From the NCBI GenBank assembly GCA_963704755.1, contig OY969938.1:180001-212000 (forward strand): a stretch of DNA of 32,000 nt, written 5' to 3'. The notes under the pieces were generated by a model that was given only the letters and a program-made list of their open reading frames with translations, had not been told where the DNA came from and did no database searches. Positions 24,943-32,000 of the stretch are shown here, in pieces; within the stretch, counting starts at the first letter, position 1, and each line of letters starts with the position of its first letter. The translations under genes were made by a program, and so were the position numbers. The DNA comes from an uncultured Chloroflexia bacterium (GTDB lineage Bacteria; Chloroflexota; Anaerolineae; Anaerolineales; Anaerolineaceae).

Positions 24943-27439
24943 GTTTGATCTGGTTAGGCAGCCTGCCTCTCGATAAGGCCATAAGCCACAGCGTATATAA
25001 TGCCGATTGGCTGATATATTTGTTGTCCGAATAAGCCATATCGTAGAGCTGCAGGAAAACGTCGTCGTCGGGGTAATTGCGGATCAGCGGCAGCGCGGCA
25101 AGTTGTTCCTCGCTTGTGCCTGATTTCAATGCCTGCATCAAAGCAGGGATGGGCGTATCTGTTTTCGAAATAGCCAGACCTAATTTGGCCGCAAAGGCAA
25201 TCAGCCAGGGGGTATCTGCCGGATGCAGGGTCGGTTTAGGGACATAGGGATTGGGATTTGTAAAGTTTTCCAAAGCCTGGCTGGCCGCGTTACGGACAAC
25301 CCACTGGCCATCTTCGACGGCTACTTTTTCGAGCAGGGCGGTTACCCAGGGGGCATTAATCAGTGAGAGCCCATAAACTGCTGCCCGGCGTACAAGCAGG
25401 TCTTTGGATTGCAGCATTTTGCCTAACTTTTCGTGGCCATAATTGGGATCACTGGCCAGTAACTCGGCCGCGACCAGGCGTAAGGTCTCTTCGCCCAAGT
25501 CGATCACGCTGTTGAGGGTCTGGCGGGCATCCGGGTGGTCGATACTGGCCAGGGCAAAACAGGCGGATTGCCGTACCAGTGGATCGGCATCCGATAACAG
25601 ATCGCCGATTTCTTTGATGGCGCGGGTATCCTGGTTGATCCCACAGCCTAAGACTCCCAGGTAGCGGACGTCCGGCGTCTGGGCGCTCATCAACTGGCGG
25701 AAGAGCAGCACCGAAGCCGGGTCGTTGGAAGTGCTGCAAGCAGCCAGGAGGTTCAACCGGATGCCCATCGGCGCACGCTTGTTTTGCAAGTGATAGAGCA
25801 CGTGGCGCATGACTGTGGTGCGATTGGGGTGGTTGGTGGGGGCGTTGCGGATCCAATGAGCGCAATGGATCAGGTTACGGTAAAGAGGAGCACTGTCGGT
25901 CTGGATATAGTCTTCTATCCAGGATGGTGTATGGAAACCGAAGCAGAAAGCGTAGAATTCGTACTTCGCGGTCCAGAAAACCTCATCCGACAAAGGCTCG
26001 GAAATTTCTGTGGGTGCCAGGGCTGCCAGGTAACCATTCCAGACCGGGTTCGTAAATGAGAGCTGGCCATTGGGCCAGGCGGTTAAGATATTATTCTTTA
26101 GCAAAAGGTTCAGAATCTTACTGCCGGAAGTCATCGACTTGTTTTTTGTATCGGTCTTTTTGGCCGGTCGATTCAGGTCGAAGGTATCGACCTCCGGGTT
26201 GGAAAGGTCGATTTTGTAATCCGAGAGAACCTTTTCGAGATCGCTGTATGGAATTTGCGCAGCAGCTTTGTGAATGAATTCACCGGCCATCGTACTCAAT
26301 GCCGGGTTGGGAATTTGTTGGCTCGTCATACGGTCCAGGAAGGCCTGGATCGTGTCTGTGGACGCGGAACCGGCTAAATCACCGGCCATCACACCCCAGG
26401 CCTTTAGGGTCCATTCCAGCGGGGTCATGAACAGCGAATCATAGCCCAGCCAGCCTAACAACATGGCTTGATCGAGCTGGTCGAGCGTGGTCAGGCGGTT
26501 TATTGAGGTGCTGAGCGTATCATTCCACAAAGCGCCCCAGCGGTGCAGAAAATCCCGGATTTCGAAAGGGGCCCATCCGGAAAGCGCCAGGGGTTCGAAA
26601 CCGGTCGAAATCAAGCGCTCCAGGTTATTGGTCGAACCACTGACGACCATACGCATGTCCGGGTAAGCGCCAATTAAATCCTTCAAAAAGGTGCAATAAT
26701 TTTCAAGCTGGCGAGGTGGAAGCTCATCGAGCCCGTCTAAAATGAGGATCGCTTTTTTGTCCTGCAACGCATTACGCATAAAGCGATTAAGCTGCGTCGA
26801 GGCAATTCCGGTGACGTAATGACCGTAAGCGCGAGAAAGGGTATCGCCAATCGATTTTTGTTTCTCGGTCGGCCAATCGATATCCAGCACATGGATATAG
26901 ATCGGAAACAGGTTGGCCAGAACGCCGACAGAGGGGTCACCGCGGGCGATGAGCGAAGCCAGAGATGCCAACGCCACCGTTTTGCCTGCGCCGGCTTTGC
27001 CGAGAATGGCAATTCTCGCGCCGCCAAAAAGCACTTCTGGCAGGTTCATGCGGGTTGCACCGTAGAAACTGGCGAACTCGGGATTCTCCGGTTGCAGGCC
27101 AATCGTTGTCGTACTGTATCGCTCGTAGCTGATCTGGTCTTCGGGGTTCAGGTACGGGGGGCCGGCTAACAGTTTGGGTGTGACCAGGATTTCATCCAAT
27201 GAAAACAGATCTTTTGCCAGGTGGTTACTTTGTGCGCGTTGCAAAACTTCCTGGCGCAAGGTCTGACCGACCCCGGCCAAACGTCTTTCACGGCCGCGGC
27301 GGTTGGATTCTTGCAGGGTCGAGCGGATGGCCGGCCAATCTTTGCGCAGGCGGAATAAAACAAACCAGAACAGGCTGGCGGCCGCGAAACCCAACCAGAA
27401 GGATAGCGTGTCGATGGCAAGGTTTTTCAATCCAAACAT
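24932..27439 (-). CDS. Membrane-anchored NACHT/STAND-type P-loop NTPase with C-terminal HEAT (PBS-lyase-like) repeats
   Basis: 835 aa. N-terminal TM segment (aa 9-30). Walker A ILGKAGAGKT (nt 26978-27001). Walker B AILILDGLDE (nt 26723-26752). HEAT-like repeats DPLVRQSACFALASI, DLLVRRAAVYGLSLI and QWVVRNAASQALENF (about nt 25265-25687). Confidence 0.85.
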   Translation of the reverse strand: MFGLKNLAIDTLSFWLGFAAASLFWFVLFRLRKDWPAIRSTLQESNRRGRERRLAGVGQTLRQEVLQRAQSNHLAKDLFSLDEILVTPKLLAGPPYLNPEDQISYERYSTTTIGLQPENPEFASFYGATRMNLPEVLFGGARIAILGKAGAGKTVALASLASLIARGDPSVGVLANLFPIYIHVLDIDWPTEKQKSIGDTLSRAYGHYVTGIASTQLNRFMRNALQDKKAILILDGLDELPPRQLENYCTFLKDLIGAYPDMRMVVSGSTNNLERLISTGFEPLALSGWAPFEIRDFLHRWGALWNDTLSTSINRLTTLDQLDQAMLLGWLGYDSLFMTPLEWTLKAWGVMAGDLAGSASTDTIQAFLDRMTSQQIPNPALSTMAGEFIHKAAAQIPYSDLEKVLSDYKIDLSNPEVDTFDLNRPAKKTDTKNKSMTSGSKILNLLLKNNILTAWPNGQLSFTNPVWNGYLAALAPTEISEPLSDEVFWTAKYEFYAFCFGFHTPSWIEDYIQTDSAPLYRNLIHCAHWIRNAPTNHPNRTTVMRHVLYHLQNKRAPMGIRLNLLAACSTSNDPASVLLFRQLMSAQTPDVRYLGVLGCGINQDTRAIKEIGDLLSDADPLVRQSACFALASIDHPDARQTLNSVIDLGEETLRLVAAELLASDPNYGHEKLGKMLQSKDLLVRRAAVYGLSLINAPWVTALLEKVAVEDGQWVVRNAASQALENFTNPNPYVPKPTLHPADTPWLIAFAAKLGLAISKTDTPIPALMQALKSGTSEEQLAALPLIRNYPDDDVFLQLYDMAYSDNKYISQSALYTLWLMALSRGRLPNQIKLSV

Positions 27440-27442
27440 GGA

Positions 27443-28144
27443 TCACCCGGCATAGAGGATTCTTCCACAGGTTGGGCACATATAAATACTTAGGGATGAC
27501 CGGGCAGTCTGGCATTCGCTGGGGGTCAGGGTCGTGCCGCAAGCCGAGCATGCCGAATCGCTTACCGACGCAATGGCAATCCCACGTTTTTTCTTGCGCA
27601 GGTTATTGTATTCTTTGAGCCAGGCCGAATCAATTTGCTGTTGGGAAGCTTCTTTTTCAGTAGTCAGCCTGGTTCGTGTCGCAATAAGCTGATTTTTTTC
27701 GCCGTTCAACGAGGCCTGGTCTTGTAAAACGACTGCCTCGGTGGACTGATATTCGCTTTCCCCTTGGGTAAACTCGGCCTGGTGGGCTTCGACTACCAGC
27801 ATGGCTTCCAGTTGCTGATCCTCCAGAGTAGCAATCGCTTTGCGGATGGAGACAACCTCAGCTTGCAGGTCCTGAAGCTCTTTGGGGTTCTTTACCCGGC
27901 CCGAATACAAATTCGCTTCACACTGTTCCAGTTTGATTCGCCGGGTTTCGACATCCTGTTCGATTCTCTTCAAGTGGTTTTGCGATTTTATCAGAACAGA
28001 ATGGCGTCCATCGACCATTTCTCTGGCCGCCACGAGCCGTTCATCTTTGTCCAGCGCATTCTGGATCTCTCCAAGGCGCTGTTCAACCTGGTCAAGTTGA
28101 CTGTCTAATTTTTGAAGTTGGTAGAGGTGAAAGCTCGGGTTCAT
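27443..28144 (-). CDS. COG1579/DUF164-type coiled-coil protein with C-terminal C4 zinc ribbon
   Basis: 233 aa. Begins LYQLQKLDSQLDQVEQRL, followed by a long heptad-rich region containing LYSGRVKNPKELQDLQAEV. Ends YNNLRKKKRGIAIASVSDSACSACGTTL...CPTCGRILY. The stop lies 3 nt before the ATG of the NTPase gene. Confidence 0.8.
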   Translation of the reverse strand: MNPSFHLYQLQKLDSQLDQVEQRLGEIQNALDKDERLVAAREMVDGRHSVLIKSQNHLKRIEQDVETRRIKLEQCEANLYSGRVKNPKELQDLQAEVVSIRKAIATLEDQQLEAMLVVEAHQAEFTQGESEYQSTEAVVLQDQASLNGEKNQLIATRTRLTTEKEASQQQIDSAWLKEYNNLRKKKRGIAIASVSDSACSACGTTLTPSECQTARSSLSIYMCPTCGRILYAG

Positions 28145-28225
28145 GAATGAATTATAGGAATGGAGGAGAATTTTGACAAGCAGAAAGCAGCCCAGGCTGT
28201 TTCTTTCATCGGGACCGCTGTACGG

Positions 28226-28254
28226 TTGCGGCCCATATTTTATTCAAGTATACT
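28226..28254 (+). promoter_or_regulatory. Candidate promoter TTGCGG-17 nt-TATACT for the membrane-protein cluster
   Basis: TTGCGG at 28226-28231 and TATACT at 28249-28254, only 16 nt before the ATG at 28271. No SD is visible, so the leader would be very short. Sequence match only. Confidence 0.25.
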
Positions 28255-28270
28255 TCAAAAATAATCCCCC

Positions 28271-29821
28271 ATGAAACAGCGAAAATGGATCGTCACGGCA
28301 ATAATCCTGATCGCGGCAGTAAATTTGCCGTTCATTTACGCAGCTTTGGTAAAGCAGAGCGGTTCTATTTTTGGCGGCTTCTTGTTGAACCCCCTGGATG
28401 GCTACAGTTATCTGGCCAAGATGCGATTGGGTTTGGAAGGCGGCTGGAGGTTCGTTCTTCCTTTTACAGCGGACCCAGGCAGTGGAGCTTACCTGTTCCT
28501 TTTTTATATTGCCCTGGGGCACATCGCCAGACTCCTCGGCGGGAACCTTTTGTTGACATTTCACCTGGCCCGGCTGGGATGCTCGATTCTATTGCTGGTC
28601 TCTATTTCACGATTTTGCCGCCGTTTTTTAAATTCATTCGCAGAGCCGGTGCAATTTGCCGGCTTTTTTCTCATTATTGCCGGCAGCGGACTGGGCTGGC
28701 TTGCCGTGCTCCTGGGATTGTTTACCAGCGATTTATGGCTGGCGGAAGCCTTCCCGTTCCTGTCCATGTTCTCCAACCCGCATTTTCCGCTGGGACTGGC
28801 GCTCTTATTGGAGTATTTCCTGGCGCTGGAAAACAAGGGCTACCGGTCGCGGCCCGGATGGGTTGTGTTAATTGGGTTGGCCCTGTCGATCATTTTCCCA
28901 TTTGGTATGGTCATTGCCGGGGTAGTCACGCTGCTGTTGGCCGCTCAGGATTTCTTAGGCCATAAGGCGCTGAACCTGCGCGCTCCGGTGTATTTTTTCT
29001 CCCTGGGTGGCCCATTTTTGTTGTACCAATTTATCGCCACAATCCGTGATCCGCAGTTGTCGGTCTGGAACCGTCAAAACTTGACGATCAGCCCGGCGAT
29101 CTGGGATACCTTGCTGTCCTTTTCTCCCGCTTTGCTGTTGGCCGGGTATGGCATTTACCGCGCAGCTCGCAAGCACGAATTCGAGGAAATTCGCCTGCCG
29201 GTTACCTGGGCGATTTCCAGCCTGGTGGTCATGTACCTGCCCTTTGCGTTACAACGGCGCATGGCACTCGGTTTGCAAATTCCGCTGGGGTTATTGGCCG
29301 CGGTTGGCCTGGTTTACCTGGTGAGGGAAAAGGCCGGCGAATTTCGGAGGGCTGCCCTTCTGGTCGGCGGTGTTTCGATTATGACTAATCTGGTTTTTCT
29401 GGCAGGGGTCCTGTCGGTGATTTCCAGGGCACTCAGCCCGGTATATTATCCCCAGGCGGATCAGCCGGCCTTTGACTGGATGGTCACGCAAACCGGAAAA
29501 ATCAGCGCGCCGGCATTGGCACCGGTTATCCTGGCTGCACCGGATACCGGTGCATTGATTCCGGCAATTACCGGCTGGCGGGTGGTCTACGGCCATCCAT
29601 TCGAAACCGTCGATGCCGCTCAAGAAAAAGCTGACGTCATCCGGTATTTTTCAAATCAAATGGACCCTGCTGAACAGAAGGCATTTCTGTCAGCGAATCA
29701 AGTGGAATATATTTTTTATGGGCCGGCCGAGAAAGCCTTGGACGGTGGTAACCTGTTTTCGGGCCAGAGCGTAGTTTTCCAACAGGGGGATGTGGCGATC
29801 TACCAGGCAGGTGGCGGTTGA
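28271..29821 (+). CDS. Large polytopic membrane protein, possible GT-C-type glycosyltransferase (family not recognised)
   Basis: 516 aa with more than 10 hydrophobic segments. An Asp-containing first loop (LLNPLDGYSYLAKM) and a soluble C-terminal domain. Coding is well supported; the function is inferred only. Confidence 0.7.
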   Translation: MKQRKWIVTAIILIAAVNLPFIYAALVKQSGSIFGGFLLNPLDGYSYLAKMRLGLEGGWRFVLPFTADPGSGAYLFLFYIALGHIARLLGGNLLLTFHLARLGCSILLLVSISRFCRRFLNSFAEPVQFAGFFLIIAGSGLGWLAVLLGLFTSDLWLAEAFPFLSMFSNPHFPLGLALLLEYFLALENKGYRSRPGWVVLIGLALSIIFPFGMVIAGVVTLLLAAQDFLGHKALNLRAPVYFFSLGGPFLLYQFIATIRDPQLSVWNRQNLTISPAIWDTLLSFSPALLLAGYGIYRAARKHEFEEIRLPVTWAISSLVVMYLPFALQRRMALGLQIPLGLLAAVGLVYLVREKAGEFRRAALLVGGVSIMTNLVFLAGVLSVISRALSPVYYPQADQPAFDWMVTQTGKISAPALAPVILAAPDTGALIPAITGWRVVYGHPFETVDAAQEKADVIRYFSNQMDPAEQKAFLSANQVEYIFYGPAEKALDGGNLFSGQSVVFQQGDVAIYQAGGG

Positions 29822-31392
29822 TGCGAAAACGTGGATGGATTTATTTGGGCCTGGCCATTCCCTTGATCCCCTGGCTTTTTCAGGCGGGATCGTATTTATT
29901 ACCTCGTTTTGGCTATTCAACCGACTTGCTGGTCAGTCACGTGCCAAACGCGCTTTACCTGGTTCATGCCATTAAAGCTCAGGGGACTATCCCGTTCTGG
30001 TCCGATTCGATTATGAACGGTTATCCTTTCGGCGAAGATCCGCTTTCCGGGTTGTGGTACCCACTGGGCTGGCTGGCTTACCTGGCTCCACTGCAAGCCG
30101 GATTTTACCTGACGGTATTGCTGCACCTGTATTGGGGTGGGTTAGGCGCGGTCAAGTTCCTGCAAAAATTAGGGCTGAGGTCTATGGCCGCCTTCACGGG
30201 TGGGGTAGCATTCATGCTCATGCCTAAAGTGTTTGCGCATTTCGCCGGAGGGCATGTGACTTTGCTTTATGCGGTCTCCTGGACTCCCTGGCTCTTGCTG
30301 GCCGAAGAAACTCACATCCATAACCTGCTATCTTCCTCGCGGCGCTGGTGGTTTTTACCCGGAACCGTTCTGGGGATTATCGCATTGGCGGATATCCGCT
30401 GGCTGGCTTATGCCACGCTGCTTTGGTGTTTTTATGGCTTGGTGCGGATTCGGGCGCAAAGTAAAGGCGCTGACAGGCGGTTGGTGACCCGTTGGATCGG
30501 TTCGACAAGTTTAAACGTGATCGTTTGCCTGGGGATTGCCGCGGTGTTACTGGTCGGATTGGCCCAATACACCGGGTATTCCACGCGCAGCCAGATGACC
30601 CCGGCGGATGTGCTGATCTATTCGCTGCCGGCCAAACGCCTGCTTGGCCTTTTAATTCCTCAATTTGATGGGTTTACCGAATGGGTAGTGTACCCAGGTA
30701 TCGTGATCCTCAGCCTGGCGATCTACTGCCTGGGAAATCGAGAAACCCGCCGGACGAGCTGGTTGTGGACCGGGGTCGTGTTCGGCTCTTTTTTGTTCGC
30801 AATGGGCTCCGCAATCCCTGGGATGAACTATCTGGCCGGGCTGCCGGTGTTCAATTTGTTGCGTGTCCCGCCGCGGATCCTGTTCATCGGTTGTTTCGGG
30901 CTGATCGTTTTGGCTGCATATGGACTGGATGATTTGCTGCGGCGCACAAAGTTGAGCGGTTTCGACCCGGTATTTTTCCTTACCCCGGTGGGTGGATTTG
31001 TCCTGTTCCTGGGTGGCGGGGTGTTTTGGCTCACGCATACCGTTTCGACATCCTATGTCTGGTCACTGGCCGGCTGGGGGTCTGCCCTGGCACTGATTGC
31101 TATGAAAGAGCGGGGCAGGATCGGTGAACGCTGGGCAGGGGGATTATTTTTGATTTTGATTGCCGTCGATTTATCGCTGGCTGATTTTAGCCAGATACAG
31201 CATGTGCAATGGCCGGTCGCCATCGGCGCGGATGAGAAAGCGACGCTGAATTACCTCGCGGAACAACCCGGGCTATTCCGGGTGTATACACCTTCGTATT
31301 CAATTTCACAACTGGGTGCGGCTGAATATGGGCTGGAACTGGCCAATGGAGTTCGACCCGCTGCAGTTATCAACGGTGGCCGCTTACGTTAA
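29821..31392 (+). CDS. YfhO-family membrane protein, N-terminal about 520 codons (upstream part of a frameshifted gene)
   Basis: The ATG at 29821 shares its A with the upstream TGA (TTGATG). TDLLVSHVPNALYLVHAIKAQGTIPFWSDSIMNGYPFGEDPLSGLWYPLGW is a YfhO-like N terminus. The reading frame ends at 31392 after an unconserved-looking tail, VRPAAVINGGRLR. Confidence 0.75.
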   Translation: MRKRGWIYLGLAIPLIPWLFQAGSYLLPRFGYSTDLLVSHVPNALYLVHAIKAQGTIPFWSDSIMNGYPFGEDPLSGLWYPLGWLAYLAPLQAGFYLTVLLHLYWGGLGAVKFLQKLGLRSMAAFTGGVAFMLMPKVFAHFAGGHVTLLYAVSWTPWLLLAEETHIHNLLSSSRRWWFLPGTVLGIIALADIRWLAYATLLWCFYGLVRIRAQSKGADRRLVTRWIGSTSLNVIVCLGIAAVLLVGLAQYTGYSTRSQMTPADVLIYSLPAKRLLGLLIPQFDGFTEWVVYPGIVILSLAIYCLGNRETRRTSWLWTGVVFGSFLFAMGSAIPGMNYLAGLPVFNLLRVPPRILFIGCFGLIVLAAYGLDDLLRRTKLSGFDPVFFLTPVGGFVLFLGGGVFWLTHTVSTSYVWSLAGWGSALALIAMKERGRIGERWAGGLFLILIAVDLSLADFSQIQHVQWPVAIGADEKATLNYLAEQPGLFRVYTPSYSISQLGAAEYGLELANGVRPAAVINGGRLR

Positions 31393-31951
31393 TCAAGCCA
31401 GCGGGGTATCCGCGCAGGGCTATTCAGTCACGCTGCCATATCTTCTGGGCGAAAACGGCCAATACAACCAGGGCTCCGTTCCGGATCTGGCGGCGTTGGG
31501 TTTGCTGAACGTGCGTTATGTAATAACCAATTATGCGCTGGATCTTGCCGGTGCTGACCTGGTTTTCCAGTCCGGGGATACCCGCGTGTATGAAAACGCA
31601 AAGGCAAACCCACGGGCATGGATTCAACCTGCAGGTGCGGATGTGGGCACCCAAATTCGATCCGTAAACCATTTGGAGATCGCTGCGGATAAAGTGATCG
31701 TCCAGGCACAGGGACCCGGCCGGTTCGTCTTGTCCGAAATCTTCTACCCGGGCTGGACAGCGACGATCGATGGAAAGCCCGCAGAGATTTTGCGTGTAGC
31801 CAATTTGTTTCGTGGGATCGATTTAGATGCGGGCAATCACTTGATCGTAATGACCTACCGGCCTGTTCAGCTATACGCCGGAATGGGTTTGTCTGGGTTA
31901 AGTTGGTTGCTGGTTATTGCCGGCCTGCTGTTGGGGAGAAAAATTCATTGA
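31316..31951 (+). CDS. YfhO-family C-terminal part in the +1 frame relative to 29821-31392 (downstream part of a frameshifted gene)
   Basis: The frame is open from 31316. (F)DPLQLSTVAAYV..., then YPGWTATIDGKPAEILRVANLFRGIDLDAGNHLIVMTYRP plus a terminal TM segment, matches the typical YfhO C terminus. It overlaps the upstream frame by 77 nt. Confidence 0.7.
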   Translation: MRLNMGWNWPMEFDPLQLSTVAAYVNQASGVSAQGYSVTLPYLLGENGQYNQGSVPDLAALGLLNVRYVITNYALDLAGADLVFQSGDTRVYENAKANPRAWIQPAGADVGTQIRSVNHLEIAADKVIVQAQGPGRFVLSEIFYPGWTATIDGKPAEILRVANLFRGIDLDAGNHLIVMTYRPVQLYAGMGLSGLSWLLVIAGLLLGRKIH

Positions 31952-32000
31952 CCGCCATCACCAAAGAGGAAAAACGCTGGCTGTTATATTTCTCGATCGG
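31948..32000 (+). CDS. Possible start of a further co-directional gene, truncated by the window edge
   Basis: TTG at 31948 overlaps the upstream stop (TTGA). The frame stays open to the window end: (M)TAITKEEKRWLLYFSI. This is too short to judge. Confidence 0.25.
   Translation, partial: MTAITKEEKRWLLYFSI

Noticed and set aside
1-32000. CRISPR arrays, IS elements, integrases, prophage genes, rRNA or tRNA genes
   Set aside because: I saw no spaced direct-repeat array, no transposase-, integrase- or recombinase-like translation in any of the listed ORFs, and no terminal inverted repeats flanking a gene. The only long inverted repeats are hairpins with 3-8-nt loops.

Overview
Gene-dense chromosomal window of moderate GC with AT-rich spacers. 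I call about 36 protein-coding genes on both strands. All calls rest on motif recognition in the supplied translations plus my own reading of the DNA; no searches were run. Protein styles (acidic-N-terminus RpoD, membrane pyrophosphatase, Tat-signal L,D-transpeptidase, Grx-DUF2085 fusion, YfhO-type membrane proteins) suggest a Chloroflexota/Anaerolineae-like bacterium, but that is inference only. Content is mostly housekeeping: a partial TPR gene missing from the ORF track, rpoD, a YdjC-like deacetylase, hppA, an RluA-family synthase, an ABM-domain gene plus Fe-alcohol dehydrogenase, DegV, an S58 peptidase, zwf, a lipolytic trio, smpB, a VTE5-like polyprenol kinase and hutH. One co-directional eight-gene envelope cluster runs ldt-ccdA-tlpA-Grx/DUF2085-pgeF-yggS-yggT-DUF167. 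A membrane glycosylation-type cluster lies at the right end. I found no rRNA, tRNA, tmRNA, CRISPR array, transposase or integrase. The best candidate for an undescribed system is a translationally coupled pair at 24932-28144 (minus strand): a COG1579-type coiled-coil zinc-ribbon protein followed by a membrane-anchored NACHT/STAND NTPase with C-terminal HEAT repeats. Other items worth a second look are listed here. (1) A +1 frameshift splits a YfhO-family gene near 31354. (2) The 480-nt spacer 6779-7257 holds inverted CCTGAT hexamers, a degenerate heptamer tract with three GATC sites, tandem TATAAT boxes and a perfect 24-bp hairpin of non-terminator polarity. (3) A thiol-redox triad has a Grx-like domain that lost its first CxxC cysteine. 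(4) An orphan histidine ammonia-lyase carries Ser-Ser-Gly at the MIO position.
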